Source: a virus
Virus record (IMG/VR): IMGVR_UViG_3300018868_001080
Direction: 5' to 3' (one strand)
Length of the DNA stretch: 64,000 bases
Each line of letters starts with the position of its first letter. Positions within the stretch are counted from its first letter, which is position 1. Made by a program: the position numbers and the translations under genes. Of the stretch, positions 45,928-54,721 are shown in pieces. The notes under the pieces were generated by a model. That model was not told the DNA's origin. It ran no database searches and worked only from the letters and a program-made list of their open reading frames with translations.

Positions 45928-46296
45928 ATGAAATTAGTTAAAAATAAAATTCGCACTGCAGGTTACTTTATCAAGAGATTGAGAGATAATGGGTTTATCG
46001 TACTTAAGATGTTCTTTAGATATGGTAAACACGATGCACGTCGCTGGACTGTGTTAGTTGATCCAAGTGGCGCATCAGTGTTCATTACTTGTTATGAGAA
46101 CAAGGACTTTATGAATGAAATTATGTTTGAGTTTAATGATGGTGGCGTAAAGTTTCCTAAGAACTTTAGTATTAAAACCGATTCATTGGAAGTTATCATA
46201 CATCACTTGATTACAAGTGGTGTATGCAATGAATACCCCACAAGTTTATATCACAAGAAACCAATAAATATTGTTGATGAAGAAGAGGAAAGATAA
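45928..46296 (+). CDS. hypothetical protein
   Basis: Start at MKLVKNK, 4 nt after the remnant's stop codon. Confidence 0.6.
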   Translation: MKLVKNKIRTAGYFIKRLRDNGFIVLKMFFRYGKHDARRWTVLVDPSGASVFITCYENKDFMNEIMFEFNDGGVKFPKNFSIKTDSLEVIIHHLITSGVCNEYPTSLYHKKPINIVDEEEER

Positions 46297-46627
46297 TCCT
46301 GATTCAGGTGATGATGAGAGTATGAAGAAGAAAGAGGACAAGCTAAAGCAATCGCAAGAATTAGATAAAATTCTCAAGGCTGCACTTAATAATTATTTGA
46401 TGTCCCAAGTGTCAGAAGTAAAAAGCCGAACCCGGGATATTGATGCTCTTAAAGCTACTATAGAAGAATTTTTAAACAGCTACATATTGCTGGGGTATTC
46501 ACCTGTGGGTGAACCAGTGCATGTTGTGTCCGCGCACAATCAACAAGAGGCTGATTCACTATCTGCTTTGTTAAATAAGTTTCTTTTGAATCAGAATGAA
46601 AGACCGGATCAAGGTTTTCCTTTCTAA
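46277..46627 (+). CDS. hypothetical protein
   Basis: TAAATA 6 nt before ATG 46277. Confidence 0.6.
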   Translation: MKKRKDNPDSGDDESMKKKEDKLKQSQELDKILKAALNNYLMSQVSEVKSRTRDIDALKATIEEFLNSYILLGYSPVGEPVHVVSAHNQQEADSLSALLNKFLLNQNERPDQGFPF

Positions 46628-46632
46628 CCAAA

Positions 46633-47490
46633 ATGATTATCATCTTAGGCGGCGGATTTATAGGCGCGCAACTCCACAGCTTTTTAAACTGCAAATATTT
46701 CAACGTAAAGCTTGTAACCAGATCAGATATTGATTACTCTAACGAGAAGATTTTAACTGATTTTTTGTTAGCTAATAAACCACGATTTATAATTAATTGT
46801 TCAGGGTACACTGGTTACCCGAATGTGGATAGCTGTGAAACAGACCGCGAAACTTGCTTGAGATATAATGTGCAAGTACCGCTCAATGTTTGCAATGTGT
46901 GTGCAAAACTTGGCATCAAGGTCATACATGTTTCATCTGGTTGCATATACAATGGATATGAAAAAGATTACACAGAAGAGGATGTGCCTGACTTTGGAAT
47001 TTTTAATAATGAGTCTAGCTTTTATTCAAAAACAAAGCACATGTTTGAAGTGGCATGTGCACCCTTCTTGCACAACACAGCCATACTGCGCGTCCGCATG
47101 CCCTTCACAAACACTACAGATCACAAAAACTACCTGCATAAATTGTACAAATACAGCAATCTCATCAACTTGAAGAATAGCGTCACGTATTTGGAGGATT
47201 TGAACCGCTTCATTTTCACTCTTTGTCAGGCCAACAATTTTAAAGGCGGTGCATACAATGTAGTTAGTTCAGAGCCAGTGCTTGCAGCTGATGTTGTTTC
47301 AATCTTCAAGAGCAATGGCATGGACAACACAGCATGGCGTTTCGTGGATTTGAGTGAACTTGATATCAAAGCTAACCGATCAAATTGTGTGCTTTCAAAT
47401 AAAAAGATCATTGAACTGGGATTTGCTTTTCCAAACGCACATGCTGCCATGGATAAGTGCATAAAAGATATGAAGCAGTTGCTTGTATGA
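46633..47490 (+). CDS. NDP-4-keto-6-deoxyhexose reductase (RmlD/NRS-ER-like)
   Basis: LGGGFIG, GYTGYPNVDSCE, SSGCIY, SFYSKTK (YxxxK). Confidence 0.85.
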   Translation: MIIILGGGFIGAQLHSFLNCKYFNVKLVTRSDIDYSNEKILTDFLLANKPRFIINCSGYTGYPNVDSCETDRETCLRYNVQVPLNVCNVCAKLGIKVIHVSSGCIYNGYEKDYTEEDVPDFGIFNNESSFYSKTKHMFEVACAPFLHNTAILRVRMPFTNTTDHKNYLHKLYKYSNLINLKNSVTYLEDLNRFIFTLCQANNFKGGAYNVVSSEPVLAADVVSIFKSNGMDNTAWRFVDLSELDIKANRSNCVLSNKKIIELGFAFPNAHAAMDKCIKDMKQLLV

Positions 47491-47771
47491 ATATTTTAAA
47501 ATATTTCAAAAAGCTTGTAAAGCAATACACCCCAGGCACCATATTTGCATACAAAAAGGGTTTATATACTGGCAAGATGATTGTATTGATCAGCAACAAT
47601 GATGATCACAAGGCATTTCTTTTGCTGCCAAACATGCTACCGTATACTGTTAATCATAAGGATTTTAGCTATTTACTTGCCACAGATGAACTTGAATACG
47701 TGGAAGAATTGCCAACCCATGTTTATGATATAATCAAAGCTCAGTATTTAAAAAACATCCATGCGGTGTAA
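47487..47771 (+). CDS. hypothetical protein
   Basis: ATGA overlap sets the start at 47487. Confidence 0.55.
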   Translation: MNILKYFKKLVKQYTPGTIFAYKKGLYTGKMIVLISNNDDHKAFLLLPNMLPYTVNHKDFSYLLATDELEYVEELPTHVYDIIKAQYLKNIHAV

Positions 47772-47779
47772 ATAATGAC

Positions 47780-47980
47780 ATGAGTAATAATAACCCCGGT
47801 AATTTTGTCAGAGCTACTGGCATAGTTTCGCCCATAAGTGGGCAATTGTCCAAGCCCAAAATTGTGGAACGCATTGTGGATGGCAAGCTTCATGTGGAAG
47901 CACATTGGTATGATCCCGCTAGCGGCTCTTTTATCCGCAAAGGCACAGTTGAAGTGAGAGACTTGCCTCAAAACAAATAA
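47780..47980 (+). CDS. small late hypothetical protein
   Basis: TAAATA 5 nt before ATG. Confidence 0.6.
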   Translation: MSNNNPGNFVRATGIVSPISGQLSKPKIVERIVDGKLHVEAHWYDPASGSFIRKGTVEVRDLPQNK

Positions 47981-47982
47981 TA

Positions 47983-48010
47983 TTGTTTTCTCTTAAACTT
48001 CATACATAAT
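47983..48010 (+). promoter_or_regulatory. sigma70-like promoter TTGTTT-N16-CATAAT
   Basis: 6 nt before the primase GTG. Confidence 0.45.
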
Positions 48011-48016
48011 ACATGT

Positions 48017-49060
48017 GTGATACTATTACCTGAGGAGTTCATTGTAACTAAATTCTTACAACATGCAGGTTACGCAAAGTATAAGCGGTTAGCTAATGTG
48101 TATGAAGGTGGCTGTCCCATGTGCAGGGAGGGCAAGAGCTGGGGAAGCAAGCGTAGGTTATTTTACCTACCAAAAAAGAAAGTTATATGCTGTCACAATT
48201 GTGGTTGGTACAGCACACCTTTAACTTGGATAAAGAAAGTTAGTGGTGCAGATGATATTGAGATTATAAGAGAAATAAAGGGATTCAGCTATAACATTGT
48301 GCAGGATTTATCCAAACAGAGTGAGGAACCAAAAAAAGAGATTATCAGAAGCACCTTGCCAGACAACTGCATAAATTTAAATGACCCCTCGCAAACAAAT
48401 TTCTATAAGAATGAAAAGGTTGTGCAGCTTGCATTAGCTTATGTCAAAGAAAGAAGACTCAATACTTGCATTAACGCACCACCAACGTTCTATGTGTCAT
48501 TGACAGATGTTGTGCACAAGAACAGACTTGTCATACCTTTCTTCTATAATAAAGAAATTATCTTCTATCAAACACGCACCCTGCTACAAGCAGACAACAA
48601 GACCAAACCCAAGTACCTCTCCAAGATTTCTGGTGAGAAGTCTTTGTTCAACATTGATAATGTGAAGGATGACTTGGATTGCATCTTTATTTTTGAGGGT
48701 CCCATTGATTCGTGTTTTGTCAAGAATGGGGTGAGCGTTACTGGCATTCAGGAACGAAGCAAGCAAACGTTCAATGAGCTACAAAAGAAGCAACTGGATC
48801 AATACAAGTTCCACAAGCGTATTTTTGTGCTTGATTCACAATGGCAAGATGAAGCAAGCATGAGAAAGACCAGAATTTTATTACAACAAAACGAATGTGT
48901 GTTCATATGGCCAGAGAAGCTGGGCAAAAAATTTAAAGATTTTAATGACATATGCATGCACACACAACGAGATTTCATCAAGCCAGAGATTGTGCTGAAC
49001 CATGCTTTTGATGGCGTGAAGGGGTTAGTACAATTAAGCAGAATTAAGCGTTATCGTTAG
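48017..49060 (+). CDS. gp61: DNA primase
   Basis: CPMC...CHNCG zinc finger, RLVIPF, PKYL, FEGPIDS TOPRIM, KDFND. Confidence 0.93.
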   Translation: MILLPEEFIVTKFLQHAGYAKYKRLANVYEGGCPMCREGKSWGSKRRLFYLPKKKVICCHNCGWYSTPLTWIKKVSGADDIEIIREIKGFSYNIVQDLSKQSEEPKKEIIRSTLPDNCINLNDPSQTNFYKNEKVVQLALAYVKERRLNTCINAPPTFYVSLTDVVHKNRLVIPFFYNKEIIFYQTRTLLQADNKTKPKYLSKISGEKSLFNIDNVKDDLDCIFIFEGPIDSCFVKNGVSVTGIQERSKQTFNELQKKQLDQYKFHKRIFVLDSQWQDEASMRKTRILLQQNECVFIWPEKLGKKFKDFNDICMHTQRDFIKPEIVLNHAFDGVKGLVQLSRIKRYR

Positions 49061-49460
49061 AACCTGCAATCAAGTAACCCTTGAGTGACTCTGCAAGAGA
49101 ACTCAGATCCACTGCAACACGTGCAATCTTCTTTGTCTCACTGCGCGCAATTTTTTCAAACATGGAATCACAACCTGACTTGTGCAGTTTTGTTTGAATG
49201 GACTCATCATTCACACCATTGAGATAGTTAATGAATTCATCTATTCTGCCAATCCATGACTCCAGCTCTCCCAATTGGTGTGCTTGTGATTCTTGTTTGG
49301 CCTGTGACACTTGATCGCTGCCTGGTGTGGCACCAAATTGCTTAACGTCTGTTGTTTGCAGCTGTTGATTTGCAGCTTCTTGATCGGCTGTGGGTTGCAC
49401 TGCAGCTTCATCGGCTTCAAACAAGGAAATAAATCTATCGGAAAAACTTTTCATAGTCAT
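49044..49460 (-). CDS. hypothetical late protein
   Basis: Begins (MT)MKSFSDRFISLFE; late box upstream. Confidence 0.6.
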   Translation of the reverse strand: MTMKSFSDRFISLFEADEAAVQPTADQEAANQQLQTTDVKQFGATPGSDQVSQAKQESQAHQLGELESWIGRIDEFINYLNGVNDESIQTKLHKSGCDSMFEKIARSETKKIARVAVDLSSLAESLKGYLIAGSNDNA

Positions 49461-49468
49461 AATTACAT

Positions 49469-49478
49469 TAAATATTTA
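49469..49478. promoter_or_regulatory. bidirectional late promoter TAAATATTTA
   Basis: Palindrome between divergent starts at 49460 and 49480. Confidence 0.6.
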
Positions 49479-49479
49479 T

Positions 49480-49848
49480 ATGATCTCGTTCAAAAAAATG
49501 TGTGAAGATGCACAAATGTATTCGGGTGACCGATATGTTGCAGGCATAGCTTCACGTGAGCTCAAGTCAAACCCCATTAGCATAGCAGATTTGTATGGTA
49601 ATCAAGATCAATACCCAAATAAGCAGAATATTGCACGTGTTACTCCTTCAGAATTAACAAACATATTAGATTTACTTGGCCAATTGTATTTGATCTGCGA
49701 GAATCTATTCACCAAATACAACTTGGCATTGGGCAACCCCACAATCAAGAACAAATTGCTTCTGAAGTTGGCGCTGTTGATTGTCAGAAAAATGTATGCT
49801 GCAACTAAGAAATTAGCAAACATTACGAGAAAAGTAGTTGATAGTTAA
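49480..49848 (+). CDS. hypothetical late protein
   Basis: ATG 5 nt after TAAATA; begins MISFKKMCE. Confidence 0.55.
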   Translation: MISFKKMCEDAQMYSGDRYVAGIASRELKSNPISIADLYGNQDQYPNKQNIARVTPSELTNILDLLGQLYLICENLFTKYNLALGNPTIKNKLLLKLALLIVRKMYAATKKLANITRKVVDS

Positions 49849-49865
49849 TGTATTTCCGTTACCAT
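49838..49865 (+). promoter_or_regulatory. sigma70-like promoter TTGATA-N16-TACCAT
   Basis: 7 nt before GTG 49873. Confidence 0.55.
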
Positions 49866-49872
49866 ATGTCTT

Positions 49873-50265
49873 GTGATTAGTATTATCAAGAGCATCATGA
49901 CAACGCTTGTTGTCAGCACAGCCATCACAATCTTGCTGCTTCCCATACAGCCACATTATGTCACCGGTTTCCTACTAACAACCATCATACAGTTTATTGT
50001 TTTTTATGTAGTAGGCAGTGTCATGGAGTTTATTGGTGAATTGAAATTGAAAGAGATAAATGCTTTCAAGTTGCAAGAACTTTCAAGACAGAGCATGGAG
50101 GTGGTGTGTCCCTGTTTCAAGAAGATCAAAGAAATCATACCCATTGATTTGAACTCTAAGAATTCTTACAGGTGCAATGATTGTGGCAAGACCAACAGCA
50201 TTGTTATTACTGCAGAAACTGCACATACTACAGAGCCAATTAGTGGTTTTGAGCCACCTGTATGA
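49873..50265 (+). CDS. predicted membrane protein with C-terminal Zn ribbon
   Basis: Two hydrophobic N-terminal segments; CPC...CNDC. Confidence 0.6.
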   Translation: MISIIKSIMTTLVVSTAITILLLPIQPHYVTGFLLTTIIQFIVFYVVGSVMEFIGELKLKEINAFKLQELSRQSMEVVCPCFKKIKEIIPIDLNSKNSYRCNDCGKTNSIVITAETAHTTEPISGFEPPV

Positions 50266-50618
50266 TTGAATTTAAAGAAGTGCCACCCACATCAATTCAT
50301 GCAACTCTGCCTGTTGCTGCAGATTATAGCCAATTCAAACCACTAGCTGAAGCATTATTTTCTAAGAAAGATATAAACAGCGGCGCCATTCTTACATATC
50401 CTATAACAACTGTGGGTGATTTCATGGATGTCTTTTTTTTACTTTTAAAAGAAATTACTATTCAGAATGCTGACTTGAATAACGAATTATATCAAGCACA
50501 AACCATCCTTAAATCCATCTACAAAGAAAATAATAACTTAGAAAAGCTGTTGACTATGTTGCTGGGTACCATTATAAAAAGATATGAATACAAAACAAAC
50601 AATACAAGTACAAACTAA
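50262..50618 (+). CDS. hypothetical protein
   Basis: ATGA overlap. Confidence 0.55.
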   Translation: MIEFKEVPPTSIHATLPVAADYSQFKPLAEALFSKKDINSGAILTYPITTVGDFMDVFFLLLKEITIQNADLNNELYQAQTILKSIYKENNNLEKLLTMLLGTIIKRYEYKTNNTSTN

Positions 50619-50916
50619 AACGACAACTGAAGAGCTCACGCTGGAGTGTGCTGCACGGTGGCTTTCTCTCATGGAAGCTATTTATATAGTAGGAAAAAAA
50701 GCCGATAATCTAGGAATCAATATTGACAAAAATATGTCCTGGATCAAGCCCATCAGCTTTCAAAAATATATGGATGAGAGACTGCCCTCCATGGTCAACG
50801 AGATAGAATTAGATTTGGGTATTTTCAAGGGCGGGTTAGAGCGCTGCAACACAAGCAAAGCAAAGATTGCAAGCCAAGAAGCAGATGAAGTGGACAGCGT
50901 TACAACTTACTCGTAA
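50584..50916 (+). CDS. hypothetical protein
   Basis: 110-aa ORF in the same operon. Confidence 0.55.
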   Translation: MNTKQTIQVQTKTTTEELTLECAARWLSLMEAIYIVGKKADNLGINIDKNMSWIKPISFQKYMDERLPSMVNEIELDLGIFKGGLERCNTSKAKIASQEADEVDSVTTYS

Positions 50917-51668
50917 TCACCATACACACTAGTATTATTTGTACCATCAAATACAGTTGTCTTTGACAACACGTTCACATCAAATGGATAGTTCTTGGTG
51001 GCACCAATGGCATTTGCATCTTTTGCATCATCAAACACCTGTGTGTTTCCTTTTTCTGCTGTGAGGCCCGGCTCGAAACTAGTTTCATACCTCTTGGCTT
51101 TTAGCAACCAAACATAATGACCCAACAGTGGGTTGATTTTGTTTATATCTTGATCCAACCGCTCTGTAATTTCAAACAGCTTGCCGTCTCGTTCACCTGG
51201 TCTATCAGAACCATATTCTGTTAATTTGAACACATCACCTGATTTGGGTTCAATGGTGTAGCCATGAAATAAAGCAGACAATGAAGGAGTGTTGTATGCC
51301 TCATAAAAAGAACTTATGTGTATGTACATGGTGATGTCATCATCTGACTGAAACCCATACTTGCTCAATAACAGTGAATTCTCATTCAGATCAATGTATG
51401 TGATGAAATTGATGGGTATGCCATATACTGATGCGGGTTGTTCACCATAAAAATTATCACCGGAAAGAACTGGGTTGTATGTGTTGACATAGTATGTTAC
51501 CCGAGTCCCATACAGGTTAATCTGTTCTCTGTACACATTTGATACCATATCACGTTCACATTGATTGGTACCCTTGTCCATGAACCGGAAACATGTGTTC
51601 TCAGTTGTGTTGGATGGCAGAGGGTAAAACCTCACATCTGGATTGCCGGTATACCTATCAATGCTCAT
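50907..51668 (-). CDS. gp14: neck protein, T4 gp14-like
   Basis: EQINLYG, FYGE, LSKYGFQSDDDIT, PKSGD, LFEITE. Confidence 0.7.
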   Translation of the reverse strand: MSIDRYTGNPDVRFYPLPSNTTENTCFRFMDKGTNQCERDMVSNVYREQINLYGTRVTYYVNTYNPVLSGDNFYGEQPASVYGIPINFITYIDLNENSLLLSKYGFQSDDDITMYIHISSFYEAYNTPSLSALFHGYTIEPKSGDVFKLTEYGSDRPGERDGKLFEITERLDQDINKINPLLGHYVWLLKAKRYETSFEPGLTAEKGNTQVFDDAKDANAIGATKNYPFDVNVLSKTTVFDGTNNTSVYGDYE

Positions 51669-51669
51669 A

Positions 51670-52026
51670 TTACCTTTGCATCATGTATCGGTTTGTTTGT
51701 TTATCAAAATACACGCTGATTCCTGTGTTGCCAAGCTTCTTAACTTCACCTGGCAGAATAATACCTATGTTGAACCTTTGCTTGAGTTTGTTTAGCTCAG
51801 AAGGTGACAACACCTTTACACCTGTTTTGCCTTTGCGTAAATTATCCAGCTTGGCAAACGATCCCATGTCTGGTTGATGCATGTCAGGTACAAATTCTCT
51901 GTGCTTGCGGTTTATGCCCGATCGACCTATTGCATGATGGTGTCGTTTCTTTGTGCCTATCTTCATGCCCACAATCTTGTCCACGTTCTTTTTATTTGAC
52001 TTGGCAAAGTAGTCCTTGAAGGTCAT
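51670..52026 (-). CDS. basic late hypothetical protein
   Basis: TAAATA 5 nt before ATG; begins MTFKDYF. Confidence 0.6.
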   Translation of the reverse strand: MTFKDYFAKSNKKNVDKIVGMKIGTKKRHHHAIGRSGINRKHREFVPDMHQPDMGSFAKLDNLRKGKTGVKVLSPSELNKLKQRFNIGIILPGEVKKLGNTGISVYFDKQTNRYMMQR

Positions 52027-52040
52027 AAAGGTATTTAAGC

Positions 52041-52068
52041 AAAAAAAACCCCTCTTTGGGAGGGGTTT
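52041..52068 (-). terminator. intrinsic terminator
   Basis: Stem aaacccctc/gaggggttt with a 5-nt loop and a U run on the minus strand, just downstream of the stop at 52091. Confidence 0.85.
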
Positions 52069-52090
52069 AAAAACTTTTTTTTAATCTATT

Positions 52091-53002
52091 TTAGAGGTTA
52101 AATGCTGACTTACCGGCGACAATCTTGGAGCTAACTACGTTTGCTTTGCCCTTGACTGAGGTAGGAGCGCCACCGCTAACACCACCACCCACTAGGGCAT
52201 GGCCTTTTTCACCATCTGCGCCAACCTTATCAGTGTACTTACCGTCGCCACCTTTACCAGCCTTCTTACCAGCTGTTGATACTTCACTTGGAACGACATT
52301 GGAACCTGACGAAACTTTGTTCAATCCTTTGTTGAGCTTCTCTGCATCAACCACTGCATGGCCGACTTCTTCTGCATCTACTGCTTCACCAGCAACTTCA
52401 CGTGCTTCTTCTTGTTGCTCGTGTCCCATTTCAGAATTCTCTTCACCTGCACCCTCTTCATCAGTGACATCTTCATCAGCAGGGCACTTCTCGTGAGCCA
52501 GTTGCAGAAGCTCCAATGCCTTGGCAATGAGCTCTTTGGAGTTCATCTCAGCTTCAGACTTTGCACCTTCATCACCAGTGTCGATGTCCAGCTGCTGTGC
52601 ATCCAGAGCCTCCATGTCCTGGGGCTGGCCTTCGCCACCCATCACATCTTCGTAAAGTTTGTCAAAAATAGATTTATTGTTCATGAAATTATTTATATTC
52701 TCTTTCACCTTTTTTTTCACATTATTTGAAAATTTCTCTGGTTCGTAGTGATTATCTTCACCTTTGTTGGTCTTAGGATCCACAATGTTCTTGTTGAACC
52801 CATCAGCATTCTCTGGGCCTGAGTCTTTATGAAAGTAAGGTTGTGCAGGCTGACCATCATCTTGCAGAGGCTCTGTTATTTTAACAGAAGGAATTGCATG
52901 CAGTGGTTTGCCAGGCTTGGTGCCAAATTTGGCTTTTGGGTCAGCCAGCTTGGTTGCTTCATAGAGAGCTGATAAATCTAATAGGTCGCGAACTTTATTC
53001 AT
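52091..53002 (-). CDS. acidic/Gly-rich late protein, possibly a head internal protein
   Basis: TAAATA 5 nt before ATG 53002; has its own terminator; low-complexity charged sequence. Confidence 0.6.
   Translation of the reverse strand: MNKVRDLLDLSALYEATKLADPKAKFGTKPGKPLHAIPSVKITEPLQDDGQPAQPYFHKDSGPENADGFNKNIVDPKTNKGEDNHYEPEKFSNNVKKKVKENINNFMNNKSIFDKLYEDVMGGEGQPQDMEALDAQQLDIDTGDEGAKSEAEMNSKELIAKALELLQLAHEKCPADEDVTDEEGAGEENSEMGHEQQEEAREVAGEAVDAEEVGHAVVDAEKLNKGLNKVSSGSNVVPSEVSTAGKKAGKGGDGKYTDKVGADGEKGHALVGGGVSGGAPTSVKGKANVVSSKIVAGKSAFNL
52690..52697 (-). promoter_or_regulatory. intragenic late promoter TATAAATA
   Basis: Full T4 consensus 5 nt before in-frame ATG 52684. Confidence 0.55.
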
Positions 53003-53003
53003 A

Positions 53004-53013
53004 TAAGTATTTA
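53004..53013. promoter_or_regulatory. bidirectional late promoter TAAGTATTTA
   Basis: In the 15-nt gap between divergent ATGs at 53002 and 53018. Confidence 0.65.
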
Positions 53014-53017
53014 TGGT

Positions 53018-54721
53018 ATGCACAGCAAAGAAAACAAATTTTATTTAGGCAATAAGAACTTACCCACACCTGAAACAAAATTTGAGTGGACGCCAGTCAT
53101 GTTGGCTGAGCTCAAGAAATGTAGCAAAAATATATTACACTTTGCTGAAAACTATTTTTACATTGTGAATCTGGACAGAGGCAAAGAGAAGATAAAACTA
53201 CACAATTATCAAAGAAGAATTTTAAGATCCTTGCGTGACAACAGATTTGTTTGCTTCCTATCATCCAGACAAAGCGGCAAAACCACATTGATGACCATAT
53301 ATGCACTGTGGATATCATGTTTCTTTGATGACCAACGCATTCTTCTTGTGGCAAACAAGGAGCAAACTGCAATCAACATTTTCAAACGTGTGCGAATGGC
53401 ATATGAACAGCTTCCAAATTATTTGAAACCCGGTGCCATTGAGTATGGTAAAACATCCATGGTGCTTGGCAATGGCAGCAGCATTGGCATATCCACAACA
53501 TCCTCGGATGCAGGCAGAGGTGACAGTTGCAACGTGCTCATCTTGGATGAGTTGGCATTCATTGATGATGGCATGGTGCAAGATTTTTGGAAATCTGTGT
53601 ACCCCATCATCTCTTCATCTAAGAAATCAAAAATATTTGTTGCCAGCACTCCTAATGGAACTGGCAACTTGTTTCACGAATTGTATTCTGGTGCTATAGA
53701 AGATTCAAATGGATGGAAAGCGGAAAGAGTAGATTGGTGGGAAGTGCCTGGTCGTGATGAAGAGTGGAAAGAGAAAACAATTCGTTCACTGGGCAACAGA
53801 GAATACTTTGATCAAGAGTTTGGTAATGTGTTCCTGCAATCAGGTGAAAGTTCTCTATCAGAAAAACTTTTCGAGGAACTAAAAGGTGGATGCAAGGACC
53901 CAGAGTTTGTTTTTGAAAATGGCAAATACAGAGTGTGGGAAGAGCCTAATGAAAAAAATATTTACGTTGTTGGGGTGGATGTGGCTGAAGGTGTCAGCAA
54001 CAATTACAGCGTGGTTCAAATACTGGATATTACAAATTTAAAAGAAATCAAGCAAGTGGCTGTGTATGGTGATAATAACATTACGCCTTTTAACTTTATC
54101 TCTAAACTTTTAGAAATTTTAAAACAATGGGGCTCACCACCGGTGTTAATTGAAAGGAACAATTGCGGTGCTCAAGTTGTGGATCAACTGAAATTAACAC
54201 ATCACTATGAAAACATTGTTTCTTACTCACCAAAAATTAACGGTCAAGAATATGCAAACCGGGTTGGTGTTGTGGCACACACAAATTCAAAATACAAAGG
54301 TGTCACTAACATGCGCTACTGGGTGAATGAATTGAAGGTTGTGAAGCTCTTTGATAGAGACACAGTGCTGGAATTAAAAAACTTTGTGCGCTATCCCAAT
54401 GGTACATGGGCTGCACGTCAAGGAGATCACAACGATGACAGGGTGATGTCTCTCATATGGGCTTTGATAATTCTTGAAAATGAAGTGTGTGAAAAATATT
54501 TTGACATCATAGAGTATGATACCAACCGCAAGCCACTGCTTTTGAAGCTGTTTGATTATGGCATAAGAAGCTTCATGAAACCATCAACTTACCTAAATAA
54601 TGAGAAGGGTTATGATGAAAACAGCAACAACATGCCCATCATTATCACAGGCAATAACAACGACCCATTTGAAATTGATGATCTCACATCACAAGGCTGG
54701 AAGAGGCTAAATGTCAACTAA
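53018..54721 (+). CDS. gp17: terminase large subunit
   Basis: SRQSGKTT, LILDELAF, ASTPNG, FDQEF, GVDVAEG, DDRVM. Confidence 0.96.
   Translation: MHSKENKFYLGNKNLPTPETKFEWTPVMLAELKKCSKNILHFAENYFYIVNLDRGKEKIKLHNYQRRILRSLRDNRFVCFLSSRQSGKTTLMTIYALWISCFFDDQRILLVANKEQTAINIFKRVRMAYEQLPNYLKPGAIEYGKTSMVLGNGSSIGISTTSSDAGRGDSCNVLILDELAFIDDGMVQDFWKSVYPIISSSKKSKIFVASTPNGTGNLFHELYSGAIEDSNGWKAERVDWWEVPGRDEEWKEKTIRSLGNREYFDQEFGNVFLQSGESSLSEKLFEELKGGCKDPEFVFENGKYRVWEEPNEKNIYVVGVDVAEGVSNNYSVVQILDITNLKEIKQVAVYGDNNITPFNFISKLLEILKQWGSPPVLIERNNCGAQVVDQLKLTHHYENIVSYSPKINGQEYANRVGVVAHTNSKYKGVTNMRYWVNELKVVKLFDRDTVLELKNFVRYPNGTWAARQGDHNDDRVMSLIWALIILENEVCEKYFDIIEYDTNRKPLLLKLFDYGIRSFMKPSTYLNNEKGYDENSNNMPIIITGNNNDPFEIDDLTSQGWKRLNVN

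Noticed and set aside
12498-53023. Longer ORF-track starts (12498, 12503, 22749, 26042, 27986, 32229, 32355, 37585, 42425, 43135, 45865, 46271, 47457, 49390, 53023)
   Set aside because: They run into neighbouring genes or promoter boxes; the downstream starts fit motifs, overlaps or the required Ntn N-terminal Cys
33559-54721. Inteins or introns in gp43, uvsX, gp41 or terminase
   Set aside because: Lengths and motif spacing are ordinary; no splice-junction motifs seen
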